A DNA stretch of 64,000 nucleotides, from assembly GCA_013239625.1 (NCBI GenBank), contig MU054212.1:8517084-8581083 (forward strand), written 5' to 3'. The DNA is from Lama guanicoe (lineage: Eukaryota). The notes below the pieces were generated by a model. That model was not told the DNA's origin. It worked only from the letters and a program-made list of their open reading frames with translations, and did no database searches. Positions 62,731-64,000 of this stretch are shown here, piece by piece (the stretch's first letter is position 1; each line of letters opens with the position of its first letter). Both the position numbers and the translations under genes were made by a program.

Positions 62731-64000
62731 TAAACGGGCAAAGGATCTGAATAAGCATTTCTCTGGAGAGCATATGCAAATGGCCAATAATCAGACATAA
62801 AGAGGGTCAACATCATTAGTCATCAGAGAAATGCAAAGTAAAAACCACAATGCATTCAATATTACTCCACACTCACCAGCACGACTATTATAAAGAAGAC
62901 AGATAACAAGTGTTGATGATGTGGAGAAACTGGAACCCTCATACATTGTTGGTGGGAACGTAAAATGGTGAAACTGCTTTGAAAAACACTTTGGCAGGTA
63001 CTTGAAAAAATTAAACACAGAGTTACCATATGACCCAGCAATTTTACTCCTAGGTATATCCCCCCAAAAAATGTCCCACAAAACATGTGTACATCAATGT
63101 TCATAGCTGCATTGTTCATAACAGTCAAAAGTAGAAACAACCCAAATGTCTGTCAATTGATGAATGGTTAAATCAAACGTAGTATATCCACACAAAGGAA
63201 TATTATTTGGCAGTAAAAAGGAATGAAGTACTGATACATGCTACAACATGAATGAACCTTAAAAATATATGAAATGAAAGAAGACAATCAGAAAACACTA
63301 TATACTGCAAGATTCCATTTCTATGAAATCCCCAGAATAGGCAAATCTACAGAGAGGAAAAAGTAAATTAGTGGTTGCCTAGGACTTGGGGGGGGGGTGA
63401 TGGCTAAAGAGTATGGGGTTTCTTTCTGGGGTGAAAAAAAGGTTCTAAAATTGTGATGATGGTTGCACAACTCTATCAATATACTAAAAACTACTGAATT
63501 GTACACTTGAAATGAGAAAATTGTATTAGGTGAATTATATCTCAATAAAGCTGTTACCAAAAAATAAAAGAAGCTTAGAACATCAATAAGGAAGAAAGAA
63601 CAGAAAGACTAAAACACTGAGTAAATCCAATAGATTTTACTTTTCCTCTTGAGTTTTCTAAATTGTTTGGTGGTTAAAGCAAAAATGACTGCATTTTCTG
63701 ATGTGGTTCTCAGGGTAAATGGGGAAGAGTAAAAGGAATGAAAAGGAGGTAAAGTTTTCTTGGAAAAAAAATTAGCCTTGGATTTCTCAATGTTCCTATA
63801 AAACTCAGGTTCCTCAGACTCCAGAGACTCAGAAATCAATATTCAGTAAACATAGAGAATGTCTGTTTTCACTTCTCTCAGAAACATGTTACTTTGCACA
63901 TACTATTAGGATTAGATCCTCAGTCATCTGTTTCTTACCTCCCCGAAAGCAAAAAAAGTCACATTTCAGGATATCTACAGAGCATTATCTTCGTAGGTAA

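Larger units (their letters stand above)
61370..63770 (+). mobile_element. Old L1 ORF1 region hosting an L1MB-like 3' fragment (~62024-63566)
   Basis: ORF1 signatures (gacctgtgggacaa, gctgaaaatgtcccaaatttg); the inner element ends gaattatatctcaataaagctgtt; the host resumes after aaaagaagctt. Confidence 0.8.

Overview
Mammalian genomic DNA, probably camelid (inferred from a Vic-1-like tRNA-derived SINE and artiodactyl-type L1 tails). The + strand carries the complete coding region of GALNT1 (polypeptide N-acetylgalactosaminyltransferase 1): 11 coding exons from ATG 573 to TGA 39661, all GT-AG introns, 1680 nt / 559 aa with no frameshift. The promoter and non-coding first exon lie upstream of the window. 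A ~2 kb 3'UTR with several poly(A) signals and miRNA seed matches follows. The rest is introns and ~22 kb of downstream DNA dominated by decayed L1, L2, MIR and MaLR (MLT1) repeats. Almost all other ORFs in the track are chance or repeat-derived. I found no new multi-gene biological system. The best leads are small: three uORFs around a (TA)n tract with stops in all three frames before the ATG; a fully paired 66-nt intronic hairpin; a tail-less L1 fragment with a perfect 11-bp direct repeat near an exon; an orphan polyadenylated retrocopy; and several rearranged or nested retroelements. Repeat family names and boundaries are from memory of consensus sequences and are approximate.
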